DNA of 20,000 nucleotides from an uncultured virus (IMG/VR IMGVR_UViG_3300022602_000089) (IMGVR_UViG_3300022602_000089); one strand, 5' to 3'. Positions 1-8,671 are shown, counted from the stretch's first letter. Numbers and translations are program-made. The notes: a model not told the origin generated them from the sequence alone.

Positions 1-1143
1 TTTATGCTCTGTCTCGTCAAGCACTTCCATCAAGGCACTTAGTCGTGGCGATACATCGAACTCCACGATATCACGGGTATCTGTGTAGACTGCCCCACCC
101 GAAATCTGTAATAACTTTGTTAACTTGGCTGCGGCGTTAACGGCGCTGATCTTTTCACCTGCCGCCTCAACTAACATCTGCCCTTTAATTGCTCTGTAGT
201 ACTTTAATACCTGCGTTGTAAGTGGTACTTCACGAGTCTGATACATGACAGGTGGTAAATCTAAACACTGCGCTTTCTCAAACCTTATAGCTGGTTGGAG
301 AGCATTATAAACATCTTGCTGTGCGGTAGGTTTAGGTACATATTTAAACCGTGTAATCTGATACATCACCTTATCCTTCCATGCCGTAACGTATTTAGGC
401 ACGTTAGCGGGCGAGACAAGTTTCGCTAGACCGTAAGCATCGACTGGGGATTGAGATGCTGGCGTACCTGTTAGCATCCATAGTCTTGTGTTGGGGGTAA
501 TTAATTTCGCCAACGTCTTCCAGCGCTTTGTCGTAGGGGTTTTATAAGCATTGGCTTCATCGATGACAACTAAATCAAACCCTGCTTTATCTATATCTTC
601 ACGGACAATATTCACTCCATCATAGTTAATGATGACAAACTCATAAATGCCATTAATAATTTTCTTGCGTTTGTTCGCATCTCCGTACGCCACAGCAACG
701 GTGCGGTGCATAGCGGTTTTAAATATATCGGCTTGCCATGCTGAATACATAATTGATAAAGGACAAATTACTAATACCCGTTTTACCAAGCCCTGCGTCA
801 TTAAATAATCTATCGCCCATATCACTGAAGATGTTTTACCTGTACCCGCTTCGTTAAAACAAAACGCGCGTTGATGTAAAGAAAGGAAAGATGCTGTAAT
901 TTTTTGATGAGAGAATGGCGTGTACATACCAGGCCATGAATAATCTTTTTCTATCGGTGAAGGAACTTTTCCATCAAGTATTTTGGTTAGGTGTTGCATC
1001 TCCTCGATGCCCCAATAGACTAACACTTCAGCGTGGTCGCCGTTATCAGTTAATACTTCACTTTTATCTAAGTGGTCTGTAATTAATTTAACTTTACTTG
1101 ACTGAACGATAACTTTTACTGCTTCGTTTTGTACTATTTCCAC
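1..1143 (-). CDS. SNF2-family (SF2) helicase, 3' end runs off the window
   Basis: Not in the ORF track; read by hand from GTG at 1143, which follows an AAAGGA SD: MEIVQNEAVK...HQKITASFL...CFNEAGTGKT (motif I)...VLVICPLS (Ia)...VVIDEAN (II)...MLTGTP (III). Confidence 0.93.
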   Translation of the reverse strand, partial: MEIVQNEAVKVIVQSSKVKLITDHLDKSEVLTDNGDHAEVLVYWGIEEMQHLTKILDGKVPSPIEKDYSWPGMYTPFSHQKITASFLSLHQRAFCFNEAGTGKTSSVIWAIDYLMTQGLVKRVLVICPLSIMYSAWQADIFKTAMHRTVAVAYGDANKRKKIINGIYEFVIINYDGVNIVREDIDKAGFDLVVIDEANAYKTPTTKRWKTLAKLITPNTRLWMLTGTPASQSPVDAYGLAKLVSPANVPKYVTAWKDKVMYQITRFKYVPKPTAQQDVYNALQPAIRFEKAQCLDLPPVMYQTREVPLTTQVLKYYRAIKGQMLVEAAGEKISAVNAAAKLTKLLQISGGAVYTDTRDIVEFDVSPRLSALMEVLDETEHK

Positions 1144-1159
1144 AAATATCCTTTAACTA

Positions 1160-1305
1160 AATTAACAACCCCTTACGGGGGTTAATCGGTTGAACCGAGT
1201 GCAAGGAAAAGTGCCAGCAGGATTAAAGCTAGTCTTAGGGTACACTGTCCAACTGACATGGTTATTTAGAGTCCGCCCACTCATGCCTTACGACGGTTAT
1301 ACCAG
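1160..1305 (-). ncRNA. Candidate structured RNA / 5' leader of the helicase gene
   Basis: Minus-strand stems: GGCAUG/CAUGUC, GUUGGAC-AGUGUA/UGCACU-CG-GUUCAAC, CUAGC/GCUGG and CCCC-GUAA-GGGG (GNRA loop). Several pairs are G-U wobbles only on the minus strand. Confidence 0.5.
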
Positions 1306-1307
1306 CC

Positions 1308-1655
1308 TTACTTTTTCATCTTTATAATCTTGCTCAGTTTCTTCTCTCCGCCTTTTTCTTTCTTAGCGTGTTCAGAAACTAAGTTACCTTTTGAATCTCT
1401 TTTAAATGATCTATTGCCGTGTGCTGATTGAATAAATACACCTGCTTTATTTGAGCCGCCTTTATCTAATGCTTTAACGTGCGCTACGTCTTTGCCTTCA
1501 CGAATATCAGCTTTACCGTTTTTGTTTTTATCTGCAAACTTTTTATCGATCTCACGTCTAGCACGTTGACGTTCTGCACGGCGTGGTTCTTCACCTCTAG
1601 CTTTTTCCTGTTGGTATTCTTTTGCGTATGGTCGGGGTTTATTAACGTATGGCAT
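1308..1655 (-). CDS. Small basic HNH-like endonuclease protein
   Basis: DVAHVKALDKGGSN...NRS resembles the HNH motif; the MPYVNKPRPY start is typical of this phage protein family. Confidence 0.7.
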   Translation of the reverse strand: MPYVNKPRPYAKEYQQEKARGEEPRRAERQRARREIDKKFADKNKNGKADIREGKDVAHVKALDKGGSNKAGVFIQSAHGNRSFKRDSKGNLVSEHAKKEKGGEKKLSKIIKMKK

Positions 1656-2308
1656 TATCTCTCCTTATGAAATTCGCAAGACTTGACTGGACACCAGCCA
1701 CATAACCCAGTAGGGTTTGCTTGCCAAACATCATTTTCGTATGAAAGTGTTAATCTTTCAAGGTGGGGATCAAAAGTTTCCCACAGTTTATCAATATCCT
1801 CACGCCTGTAAACTTCTGTAACAAAAGCATTATTAACAATAAACAACAGCCCAGCTTTGATATTATCTACTTCGGGGAAATGAGCGAACGTCATAAGCGC
1901 CATTAGGGTTAACTGCTTCACGTCAGGGTACTTTGAACTACCCGTTTTGTAGTCGACAATAAATGCTTCTTTACCATCCACGATTAGCAAGTCTACAATC
2001 CCTCGTACCCAATAACCTTTACCGTACGCACATGGTTCTTTCGCTGATGAGAGTGCCATCTGATGCTCAGGGTACTTGACCCCAGGAATAGCCCGTAGAA
2101 TATCGAGCGTATCTTGAAACCTCTCATAGTTTTTTGCAAGAGGTATATCTCTACCGACATAATCTTCGCAAGCCTTATGCACTTCCGTTCCATAGCGCAT
2201 TTGCTCCGTCGGAAACTTGACGTGACGCTTAAGAACCTTAACTTCCTGATACTGCTTAGGACAGTTAATGTAGTCTTTGAGAGAGGAGAATGACCATGTA
2301 AAGTTCAT
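1655..2308 (-). CDS. PD-(D/E)XK exonuclease, Cas4/AddB-like
   Basis: WSFSSL..Y..CP, GTEVH, GIVDLL...IVDYKTG, QL..MAL and C-terminal CGWCPVKSC; the 1+3 Cys arrangement fits an Fe-S staple. Confidence 0.9.
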   Translation of the reverse strand: MNFTWSFSSLKDYINCPKQYQEVKVLKRHVKFPTEQMRYGTEVHKACEDYVGRDIPLAKNYERFQDTLDILRAIPGVKYPEHQMALSSAKEPCAYGKGYWVRGIVDLLIVDGKEAFIVDYKTGSSKYPDVKQLTLMALMTFAHFPEVDNIKAGLLFIVNNAFVTEVYRREDIDKLWETFDPHLERLTLSYENDVWQANPTGLCGWCPVKSCEFHKER

Positions 2309-2336
2309 CTATACATATTACACTAAAATAAATCTT

Positions 2337-2774
2337 TTACAAATCTTTTTTGGTAATTTTTTTAATCCGTGCGGCTTTACGCAAGTCATGGCTATGAAGT
2401 TTTTTACCCACAGACTTAGGTACTTCACCAGCTTTCTCAGCAACTTTCGCCGCTTTTTTGCGGCTAACCACTTCACCGTTTGTCAACTCAAACTCATGCT
2501 TCGAACCTTTAGCTTTCTTGCCCTCTTTAGCAATCAATTCATCATGTGACCATGCCTTGCTAGGTGCTTTAACAATTTTGCCTGACTTCTCTTTAATTGC
2601 AGGGACTTTAACTTCTAGTTTCTTAACCATCTTCTTACCTTTCTTGATTAGTTTTTCATCAGTATATATCGGTATATCATATCCGTCACGCTTGCGCCTA
2701 CTGAACCAAAAGAACTTCATCTTCTTAGTATGCAGTCCGCCCCACGATATCCAACCTATGCGTTTATATTTCAT
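2337..2774 (-). CDS. Lysine-rich basic hypothetical protein (alternative start at 2630)
   Basis: ORF fits the operon. It is very K-rich and has an internal start MVKKLEV preceded by AAAGG. Confidence 0.7.
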   Translation of the reverse strand: MKYKRIGWISWGGLHTKKMKFFWFSRRKRDGYDIPIYTDEKLIKKGKKMVKKLEVKVPAIKEKSGKIVKAPSKAWSHDELIAKEGKKAKGSKHEFELTNGEVVSRKKAAKVAEKAGEVPKSVGKKLHSHDLRKAARIKKITKKDL

Positions 2775-2775
2775 A

Positions 2776-3060
2776 TCATTCTTTTAAAAATGGATTGTCC
2801 TGCTCCATAACTTCCATATGATGTTTTATTCTTTCTATCTCACCACCATATTCTGCATATTTACGTTCGATCATTCTTTGATGGACTAAACTCATGGCAT
2901 GACGCTCAACTCTAAGTTTAGAATACTCAATCTCGTTACGTTCTTCGGCGGTAACAGTAGAATCTGTAAACCCTCTATGTGCTATCAATAGGTGCTTTAA
3001 TCCTCGTTCTAATTCTTTAACTTGTTCTTCAAGTGTTTCTATCCTTTGTTCGGCTTCCAT
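2776..3060 (-). CDS. Hypothetical coiled-coil protein
   Basis: GGAAG before the ATG, overlap with the polymerase end, heptad-like sequence. Confidence 0.75.
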   Translation of the reverse strand: MEAEQRIETLEEQVKELERGLKHLLIAHRGFTDSTVTAEERNEIEYSKLRVERHAMSLVHQRMIERKYAEYGGEIERIKHHMEVMEQDNPFLKE

Positions 3061-4931
3061 TCTTCCATTTCTCCATAGTTGTATCCATAGTGGGCTTCAC
3101 AAGCGACAGGTAGTCCATTAGCCCATTTAGGTGGTGTTGACATGATCTCGACGATCCATGCACAAGCCTCGTCTACGTCATCCTCGGGAACAATACACAC
3201 CGCCGCATCATGCACCGTAAGGACAGGGCGATATCTCTCGTTCAGTTTTAACATCTGCTCACCAACAATAATCCTAGCGAGTGCTTGCACTACGTTTTCT
3301 ACAATCGATCCGCCCCACAAACTTATTGGGCCCTTGCGTGATCTATATTGGTATCCGCTAGTAGTTTCATCAGTATTAAGCTTAAGTTCGGGGTAACGGA
3401 TATATAACCCGTTTGGTAGCTGTATACCATCGCTATACACTTTCACACATCTATTTTTGCCGTAGTAAAAAGGCTTAGTGTTTTTATCCCAATCAGCCAA
3501 AGTCTTCAGCATCCTATCGCCTTCACGCCATAGCTTCACAATCATGTCGTTAGTTTCTCTGTATAGACTAACTATTTCCACACACTTATCTTCTGTGAGG
3601 TCAGCCCCAGGGGGACTTGTCTTTAGCGTGTGCTGTAACTTTAATGCGCCAGTCCCATAACCTAATCCTAAAATGCAAGTTTTACCTACGAACCTTTCAA
3701 CAGGATTTTTCTTAGTGATGTGCTGGTCATATATTTTTGATGCAAACTCTGAGTAAACATCTTCGCCTTTGGCAAATGACTCAACCAAATCATCTTGCCC
3801 TGATAGCCATGCAAGCACCCTAGCTTCAATCTGTGATGAGTCGCAGTTAATAACAACATAACCTTCAGGCGCACATATTGCGTTCTTTAAAGTCTTTTTC
3901 TTTTTGTCACGGCTAGGTAAATTTTGAAAATTAACTTTGTCTGAACCCGCCCATCTACCTGTGTGCGTACCATAATACTTAAGCGGGATGGGTAGTTCAT
4001 GTCTATTCCTAGCACCAATATCTATGAACCTTTGAATCCTACTTTCTTCAATCGTTGACTTCGTTCCCAAACGCACCGCCGCCAGTTGTTGAACAAAAGG
4101 GTCTTCATGCTCTACTAACGCTATAAACCCTTCATCGTTTTTAGCCAGCGCATATGTGGGTTTACCCGTAGTTTTACTTATCTTCATCGGTGTTTCAACA
4201 TTAAACTCTTTGAGGATGCCAGCAAACTGTTTATTACTAGCCAAGCGTTTACGCACCGCTTCTTCATTATCGCAGTCTAGTTTTTCTTTGAGTGTGCCTA
4301 ATAACTGTAACTTCTCATGCTTAAGTTCTTCTAATCTTTCTTCCAATAAATCGTAGTTGGCTCTTAGGATAGGATGAATAAACATTCTTAGTGTCATATC
4401 GATCAGATTTAATTCTTCTTCAGGGAACGCACTAGACAATACTTGGAAAAGTTTAAAAGTTAACTCCACATCGTTTTTGCAATACTCGCCATATTGGGCT
4501 AACTCAGTAGGATTGAAACCAGTTATTTGCTTGCCTTTAGCATCAACTACCTCTGTGCCTTTCTTCCCTAAAGAATATCTTTCTGCAAGGTAAGCTAGTG
4601 ATCCGCCCACATCAACACCATTAGTAGCCCGACCCATACACAAAGTATCAAGGTACATCTTAGGAGTAATACCAAATTTCCATTTAAGGATTGCACCATC
4701 AAACATTGTGTTGTGGCAAAGTAATGCACTGTCATTCCACGGGAACGTGGAAAGGTAATTACGGACTTCGATGTGTGAACCAGAAAACCATTCAACAATA
4801 CCGTCATTAACTTTAACCGCAACTCCGATTACCTCAAAGCGTTTGTCCCTGATATATTCTTCAGTAGTGAGTTTTGTTAATGAGTAGTCTTTAGAATAAT
4901 AGGTCTCAAAGTCCAACGTAATTAGATTCAT
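3039..4931 (-). CDS. polA: Family A DNA polymerase with 3'-5' exonuclease domain (Leu762 type)
   Basis: ExoI LDFET, HN..FD, ExoIII YCKND; motif A DSSQIEARVLA, motif B RFVGKTCILGLGYG, motif C TVHDA. No 5'-3' exonuclease domain. Confidence 0.97.
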   Translation of the reverse strand: MNLITLDFETYYSKDYSLTKLTTEEYIRDKRFEVIGVAVKVNDGIVEWFSGSHIEVRNYLSTFPWNDSALLCHNTMFDGAILKWKFGITPKMYLDTLCMGRATNGVDVGGSLAYLAERYSLGKKGTEVVDAKGKQITGFNPTELAQYGEYCKNDVELTFKLFQVLSSAFPEEELNLIDMTLRMFIHPILRANYDLLEERLEELKHEKLQLLGTLKEKLDCDNEEAVRKRLASNKQFAGILKEFNVETPMKISKTTGKPTYALAKNDEGFIALVEHEDPFVQQLAAVRLGTKSTIEESRIQRFIDIGARNRHELPIPLKYYGTHTGRWAGSDKVNFQNLPSRDKKKKTLKNAICAPEGYVVINCDSSQIEARVLAWLSGQDDLVESFAKGEDVYSEFASKIYDQHITKKNPVERFVGKTCILGLGYGTGALKLQHTLKTSPPGADLTEDKCVEIVSLYRETNDMIVKLWREGDRMLKTLADWDKNTKPFYYGKNRCVKVYSDGIQLPNGLYIRYPELKLNTDETTSGYQYRSRKGPISLWGGSIVENVVQALARIIVGEQMLKLNERYRPVLTVHDAAVCIVPEDDVDEACAWIVEIMSTPPKWANGLPVACEAHYGYNYGEMEEWKPNKG

Positions 4932-5329
4932 TTAAAAATCATTCCTTTTAATGCTCGTAATGCTTCCGCATGTGCATAAATATGCCGACCTGTATTGGCT
5001 AGATCGTTATTGGCTATCGACGAGCGAAGGGGGTACTGTCCACCCATATCCATACCGATCGCTTGATTTAAAAACAACTTTCCCTGCGCACCCGTCGGTT
5101 CGTCCTCTCCTGCTAAATGTTGCATCACACGACCAGTAAAATTCTCTCGGTTTGCTTCACGAATAGCTATAAGAACCGCCTCTTTTTCCGCTTCATTAAA
5201 GTATTCAGCATCTATTATCTCCCTAAGAAAACTTCCCCATTTACTATCGTAAGAGATCGGTGACCCTATTACAAACTCGTCAGGGTGCGTCTTCATACGC
5301 TCTAATATTATTTCTACTCCACCGTTCAT
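4928..5329 (-). CDS. Hypothetical protein, paralog of 7011..7343
   Basis: GVEIILERMKTHPDEF...KW matches GVNIVLARMDTHPEEF...KW in 7011..7343. Confidence 0.8.
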   Translation of the reverse strand: MNGGVEIILERMKTHPDEFVIGSPISYDSKWGSFLREIIDAEYFNEAEKEAVLIAIREANRENFTGRVMQHLAGEDEPTGAQGKLFLNQAIGMDMGGQYPLRSSIANNDLANTGRHIYAHAEALRALKGMIFK

Positions 5330-5607
5330 TTCTCACTTGCCTTTCTTAGTATTGCTCTAGCAAAATCAAACAAATCACCTGTTTCGTAATAAATTGTTTT
5401 TATTTCCTCATTGGTTAATGTCTTTGCTGGATGGGTGTAGAGTGGTACAACACTTCCAACAGGCTCAGTATTTTTTAAAAATATTGGCACATCTTCTTGC
5501 TTAAATAAAAAAGTAGCAGGTTTACCTTCGTAGTACCCAATCCAACCAGCGGGATTTGCGGACTGCTCTATCATTTCTTTCAGCATATCTATGCGTTCTT
5601 GACTCAT
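5326..5607 (-). CDS. Hypothetical protein, modular array member
   Basis: Contains PLYTHP-KTLTNEEI and ends FARAILRKASEK; ATGA overlaps at both ends. Confidence 0.8.
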   Translation of the reverse strand: MSQERIDMLKEMIEQSANPAGWIGYYEGKPATFLFKQEDVPIFLKNTEPVGSVVPLYTHPAKTLTNEEIKTIYYETGDLFDFARAILRKASEK

Positions 5608-5882
5608 TTCTCTTGTGCCTTTCTTAGTATTGCCAAGTCTCTTGCAACCAAAAACTCATTTAAACGGTCTTGTAATTGTTCTATTTCAGCTTCTAATGCT
5701 ACGGCTCTTCGATGTTGTTCTTCCGCAAAGTTTTGAATAAATCTATTTGCGTTTTTTAAATCTTCTATTTCTTGGGCTTGTTGACGTAGCAAAGGTGCTA
5801 CAAATTGTAGTGTTTCCCAACCAATTGATGTATGGTTTTGGTTCATTTGCTCAAGCCTGTTAATTAGGTCATTTAAAGTCAT
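5604..5882 (-). CDS. Hypothetical coiled-coil protein, modular array member
   Basis: MTLNDL...LRQQAQEIEDLK...AILRKAQEK; ATGA overlaps. Confidence 0.8.
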   Translation of the reverse strand: MTLNDLINRLEQMNQNHTSIGWETLQFVAPLLRQQAQEIEDLKNANRFIQNFAEEQHRRAVALEAEIEQLQDRLNEFLVARDLAILRKAQEK

Positions 5883-6496
5883 TCCCCCCTCGCTTTCTTT
5901 ATTTCACGATATTGTTTTAGTTTTACTTTTACATTTAAAATTCTAAGGATTGCTCTTTCAATTGTGTCATTCCATTGCGATGGGTCATAATCAGGTTCAG
6001 CAGGTGCAATTAACTCTTGAACTTCTTTTATACATAAATCAATTATTTCCTCATCAGTAAGTTCACGCATTGGGTGGTCATACAATGCAGTATAGTTAGG
6101 ATGTTTTAGTGCATCAGAACTACAGGTTGTAGTAAACTCAGGTTTATCAAAACCATCAATTTTTACCATCATGGCAACAGGCTTTTGATTAAAGAATGGC
6201 TTGGTGTAAAGAAACTCTCCCTTCTCTCTCGTTTGCCAATCGCTCCCTGAGCCTGAGTCAATATACATATATCCATATCCATCAAAGTCATAACGCATTG
6301 CCACTGGTTCAATTGGGTGTGATTGGGTGTCAGAATGGGTGATGGCTAATTGCTTTAAATACAACTGACGAGTTTCTTCTAAGCGTTCTTTTAACTCTTC
6401 AATTTCTTTGGCTTGTTGACGTAGCATGGCAGAAACTTGTTTACTTTGAGCACAACAAGACCATTCATTTAAATCTGCTAGTTCATTTGCGGTCAT
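5879..6496 (-). CDS. Hypothetical protein, modular array member
   Basis: MTANEL...MLRQQAKEIEELK...two PVAM...LY blocks...ELTDEEI...IKKARGE. Confidence 0.8.
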   Translation of the reverse strand: MTANELADLNEWSCCAQSKQVSAMLRQQAKEIEELKERLEETRQLYLKQLAITHSDTQSHPIEPVAMRYDFDGYGYMYIDSGSGSDWQTREKGEFLYTKPFFNQKPVAMMVKIDGFDKPEFTTTCSSDALKHPNYTALYDHPMRELTDEEIIDLCIKEVQELIAPAEPDYDPSQWNDTIERAILRILNVKVKLKQYREIKKARGE

Positions 6497-6810
6497 TTCT
6501 CACTCGCTTTCTTTATAAGGTCTTTAACCTCACCCATTGATTTTTTAATATGGGCATCGTAGGCTCGTTCCATCATTTCAATCTTTTCTTTATATGGTTT
6601 CAACACTTCTATTTCTTCTTTCAACAAACTAATTTCTTCTCGTAATACACCAATCATATGTCCTGCTTCAGTCAATTCAGCTTCTTGTTGGCGTAGCATA
6701 ATGGCTGATTCTCGGTAAAGAATAATAGCCCTACCTGCTTGCTCAGTTTCTTTACCCAATAATCTAATACTTACACTTTCTAACTTATCTATTAATTCAT
6801 TTGCTGTCAT
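6493..6810 (-). CDS. Hypothetical coiled-coil protein, modular array member
   Basis: MTANEL...MLRQQEAEL...IKKASEK; ATGA overlaps. Confidence 0.8.
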   Translation of the reverse strand: MTANELIDKLESVSIRLLGKETEQAGRAIILYRESAIMLRQQEAELTEAGHMIGVLREEISLLKEEIEVLKPYKEKIEMMERAYDAHIKKSMGEVKDLIKKASEK

Positions 6811-6974
6811 TTCTCAATCCCCTTCTTGCCTTCATAAGCACGTTGGCTCTGTCTGTTTAAACAATGTATGCACTTCCAAATCCTTACCTTTCTGTTCGAT
6901 GTATTCACCAATGAAACTTCACTTGCTGGTCGATATTGTGTACACGCAGAACAGTATTTTTTATCCTCACTCAT
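6807..6974 (-). CDS. Small Zn-ribbon protein (55 aa, below the ORF-track cutoff)
   Basis: MSEDKKYCSACTQY...IWKCIHCLNRQ...GIEK*, two CxxC pairs; GAAGG upstream; ATGA overlap with the next gene. Confidence 0.75.
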   Translation of the reverse strand: MSEDKKYCSACTQYRPASEVSLVNTSNRKVRIWKCIHCLNRQSQRAYEGKKGIEK

Positions 6975-7010
6975 TTCTTTACCTTCAACCTAGTGTTATA
7001 TTTAACTGAA

Positions 7011-7343
7011 CTACCATTTGATTAAATTTTTACGTTTTATTGGCGCACTTCCAAAAGGTAAATTATCTTCCTCGTCATCGTCGTCCTCGTCCTCGTCCTC
7101 GTCCTCATCTTCTTTTTCGATCAGCGTTCGGAATACCATGTTATTAAATTCTTCCATGCGAATCTGTTTAATCTTCTCAAAAATCTGCCCCTTCTGCACT
7201 TCAGTCATGGCATCTCTAAAATATTCTTTATAGATGAATCGCCACTTCTCGCTATCGCCCCAAAATTCTTCGGGGTGCGTATCCATCCTAGCCAATACAA
7301 TGTTTACTCCGTTGCTAATATCGATTTGTTTTTCTTCGCTCAT
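7011..7343 (-). CDS. Hypothetical protein with acidic tail, paralog of 4928..5329
   Basis: AAGGA SD; RMDTHPEEF motif; EDEDEDEDEDDDDEED tract from a (GAGGAC)n repeat. Confidence 0.8.
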   Translation of the reverse strand: MSEEKQIDISNGVNIVLARMDTHPEEFWGDSEKWRFIYKEYFRDAMTEVQKGQIFEKIKQIRMEEFNNMVFRTLIEKEDEDEDEDEDDDDEEDNLPFGSAPIKRKNLIKW

Positions 7344-7377
7344 TTTAAAATCCTTAAATAGTGTGGTGTATAGTTAC

Positions 7378-7413
7378 AAAAAAGGGGAGCGAGGCATAGC
7401 CTTACCCCCCCCT
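7378..7413 (-). terminator. Rho-independent terminator
   Basis: Minus strand reads GGGGGGGTAAGGC-TAT-GCCTCGCTCCCC-TTTTTT directly after the stop at 7419. Confidence 0.7.
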
Positions 7414-7418
7414 ATAAA

Positions 7419-7751
7419 TTAATTACGCTTTAACTGAGAATAAAAACTACGCAGATTAGATGGTAAGCGGTCTTCATCGTAAACACTAAAACGATGTAAA
7501 ATAATAGCCCTTAATGCTTGCTTGTGTTCTACATCTGCATTGACATACTCCATCTGTAAGTTTTCTAAATCACGAACCATTCCATCGTTGTATTGCTCGC
7601 TCTCTTTGAATACTTTATTTTCTACTGCTCGGTACTTTGGCGCAAAGAAGTTATAGCTTGCTAAGTCAAATAAATTTAGCCCTGTGCTAAGTGCAAGTAA
7701 TAAAAACAAAGAAACGATTAGAGTAATAAGTCCTATAAAAAACTCTTTCAT
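7419..7751 (-). CDS. Membrane-anchored hypothetical protein
   Basis: N-terminal hydrophobic helix FFIGLITLIVSLFLLLALS; AGGAGG SD. Confidence 0.85.
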   Translation of the reverse strand: MKEFFIGLITLIVSLFLLLALSTGLNLFDLASYNFFAPKYRAVENKVFKESEQYNDGMVRDLENLQMEYVNADVEHKQALRAIILHRFSVYDEDRLPSNLRSFYSQLKRN

Positions 7752-7752
7752 G

Positions 7753-8241
7753 TTAACCTCCTAATGGAATTGGTGAAACAATGATGCGTGGCTCGATATA
7801 AACGACTCTCGCTTTACCACTCTTAGGGTCTACACATTGAACCCATGTGCCTTCGGCATTCGCTGGAGAATAAAGTCCATTAGGGTCTGCTTGTGGCAAA
7901 AGACTCCAATGCCCTACTTCGTCGTTTTGCATCGCTTGTGGATTAGTGTATTGAGTCGCATAAGGTAAGCCGTAACCCACCGAATTACATAACTTATGAA
8001 GTTCTCCATTCATACCAACAATGTAAGTAGTCGTAGCAACGTCTTGGTCTCGTATCTCAAGAATATCCTTCATCATGCGTTTCTCAGCGAAGTTCACAAT
8101 CGAAGGCATACCTACTTGTTGCACTGCTTGTAGACTTAATTCTTCTTGTTTACGACGCTCGATTTTTGCTGAAGACTCAGGCATTGGTTGACAAGCAGTA
8201 AGGACACCACTCGCTATCATTAATGCGATAATCTTTTTCAT
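7753..8241 (-). CDS. Phage lipoprotein (start revised to 8241)
   Basis: GGAG SD before MKKIIALMIASGVLTAC, a signal peptide with lipobox LTAC; GYGLPY..QYTNP and PQADPNGLY motifs. Confidence 0.85.
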   Translation of the reverse strand: MKKIIALMIASGVLTACQPMPESSAKIERRKQEELSLQAVQQVGMPSIVNFAEKRMMKDILEIRDQDVATTTYIVGMNGELHKLCNSVGYGLPYATQYTNPQAMQNDEVGHWSLLPQADPNGLYSPANAEGTWVQCVDPKSGKARVVYIEPRIIVSPIPLGG

Positions 8242-8242
8242 A

Positions 8243-8671
8243 TTACTTCTCCAAGTTAAAAACTGCACGATTTAAATACCATTGGGCTTTCTTTAGGTTC
8301 TCTAATCTATCCCCTTTATGGTCTGCCCTAGTAATATATTTGACGACGTTACCGAGATGGTAGTCTAACTGTTTCGCTTCGATGAAGTCGATAGTCTCAA
8401 TGCCACCTGTTGTATAGTGCGGTGGGTGGTTGATGTTATCGTTTGTAAAAACTTCATGCAAATGAATCTCGCCATTATCACGAATTTGTATGAGGGGCAT
8501 TTCATTTAAAGTTCCACTACGTTGTGGAGTCTTGTTTAAGTTTCTTATCTTAGACATAATCGTATAGACATAACCAATTTCAATCTTCAACTTCTTAGCT
8601 ATCTCAGGGGCTTTTATATTAGGTCGTTCTTGCATTAACTTCTTTACTGCTTCGGTTTTACTAACTTTCAT
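8243..8671 (-). CDS. N-terminal HTH-like domain plus DUF3310 (SaV / T7 gp1.7-like) domain
   Basis: APEIAKKLKIEIGYVYTIMSK is HTH-like. NINHPPHY...IETID...GNVVKY..RA.HKG...NLKKAQWYL is the DUF3310 signature. Confidence 0.85.
   Translation of the reverse strand: MKVSKTEAVKKLMQERPNIKAPEIAKKLKIEIGYVYTIMSKIRNLNKTPQRSGTLNEMPLIQIRDNGEIHLHEVFTNDNINHPPHYTTGGIETIDFIEAKQLDYHLGNVVKYITRADHKGDRLENLKKAQWYLNRAVFNLEK

Noticed and set aside
1160..1305. tRNA, hammerhead ribozyme or 6S RNA
   Set aside because: No cloverleaf, no CUGAnGA/GAAA core, and the rod is much shorter than 6S. Kept only as an unassigned structured RNA.
3039..4931. Intein, intron or stop-codon recoding in the polymerase
   Set aside because: The 630-aa ORF is continuous with normal motif spacing, and genes are dense under the standard code.
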